Source: Zootoca vivipara (lineage: Eukaryota). Taken from it: DNA of 64,000 nucleotides. The notes under the pieces are model-generated. The model made no database searches. It saw nothing but the letters and a program-made list of their open reading frames with translations, and was not told the DNA's origin. The stretch spans positions 84,754,001 through 84,818,000 of the forward strand of contig NC_083276.1 in assembly GCF_963506605.1 (NCBI RefSeq), given 5' to 3'. Numbering within the stretch: the stretch's first letter is position 1; each line of letters opens with the position of its first letter. The position numbers and the translations under genes were made by a program. This document shows positions 63,776 to 64,000 of the stretch, piece after piece.

Positions 63776-64000
63776 TAACCTACTCCACAGGCTATTTTGT
63801 TCTGTCGTGTTGGTTAGGCATTTTGAGAATGCAGAGAGGAGTGTGTTGATGAAATTTGAGGGACTTTCTCCATACACAGAGAGATTGCAAAATTGGACAG
63901 TGTTACATGATATCCTGTTCGGTGCAATGTCTCCATGCTGCTACCTCCCAGACTGAGGTCTGCCCAACAGTAAAGTACCACTACATAGAGGGCTACAAAA

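Overview
This is eukaryotic, intron-rich vertebrate DNA, most likely from a squamate and probably a lacertid lizard, judging by Sauria/POM-type and Squam3-type SINEs. It holds the syntenic block GLB1L(+), ANKZF1(-), ATG9A(+), ABCB6(+, cut off by the window end), in the order and orientation known from human 2q35. I rebuilt all four spliced CDSs by hand from splice sites and reading-frame phase. ANKZF1 and ATG9A share a bidirectional CpG-island promoter, and ABCB6 has its own. The main observations are: (1) a diverged copy of an ABCB6 exon end plus intron sitting 40 kb away in an ANKZF1 intron between two MITEs; (2) an intact minimal hammerhead ribozyme in a Penelope-like remnant with a 13-bp TSD; (3) an AT-AC U12 intron in ATG9A; (4) two GC-AG donors; (5) a stop-free in-frame ATG9A intron; (6) a uORF-loaded ATG9A leader; (7) a consensus NRF2/MARE site at ABCB6; (8) a TAG-CTAG stop in ANKZF1 followed by a hydrophobic in-frame tail. 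There are no prokaryotic features. All assignments are by eye and from recalled protein motifs; no searches were run.
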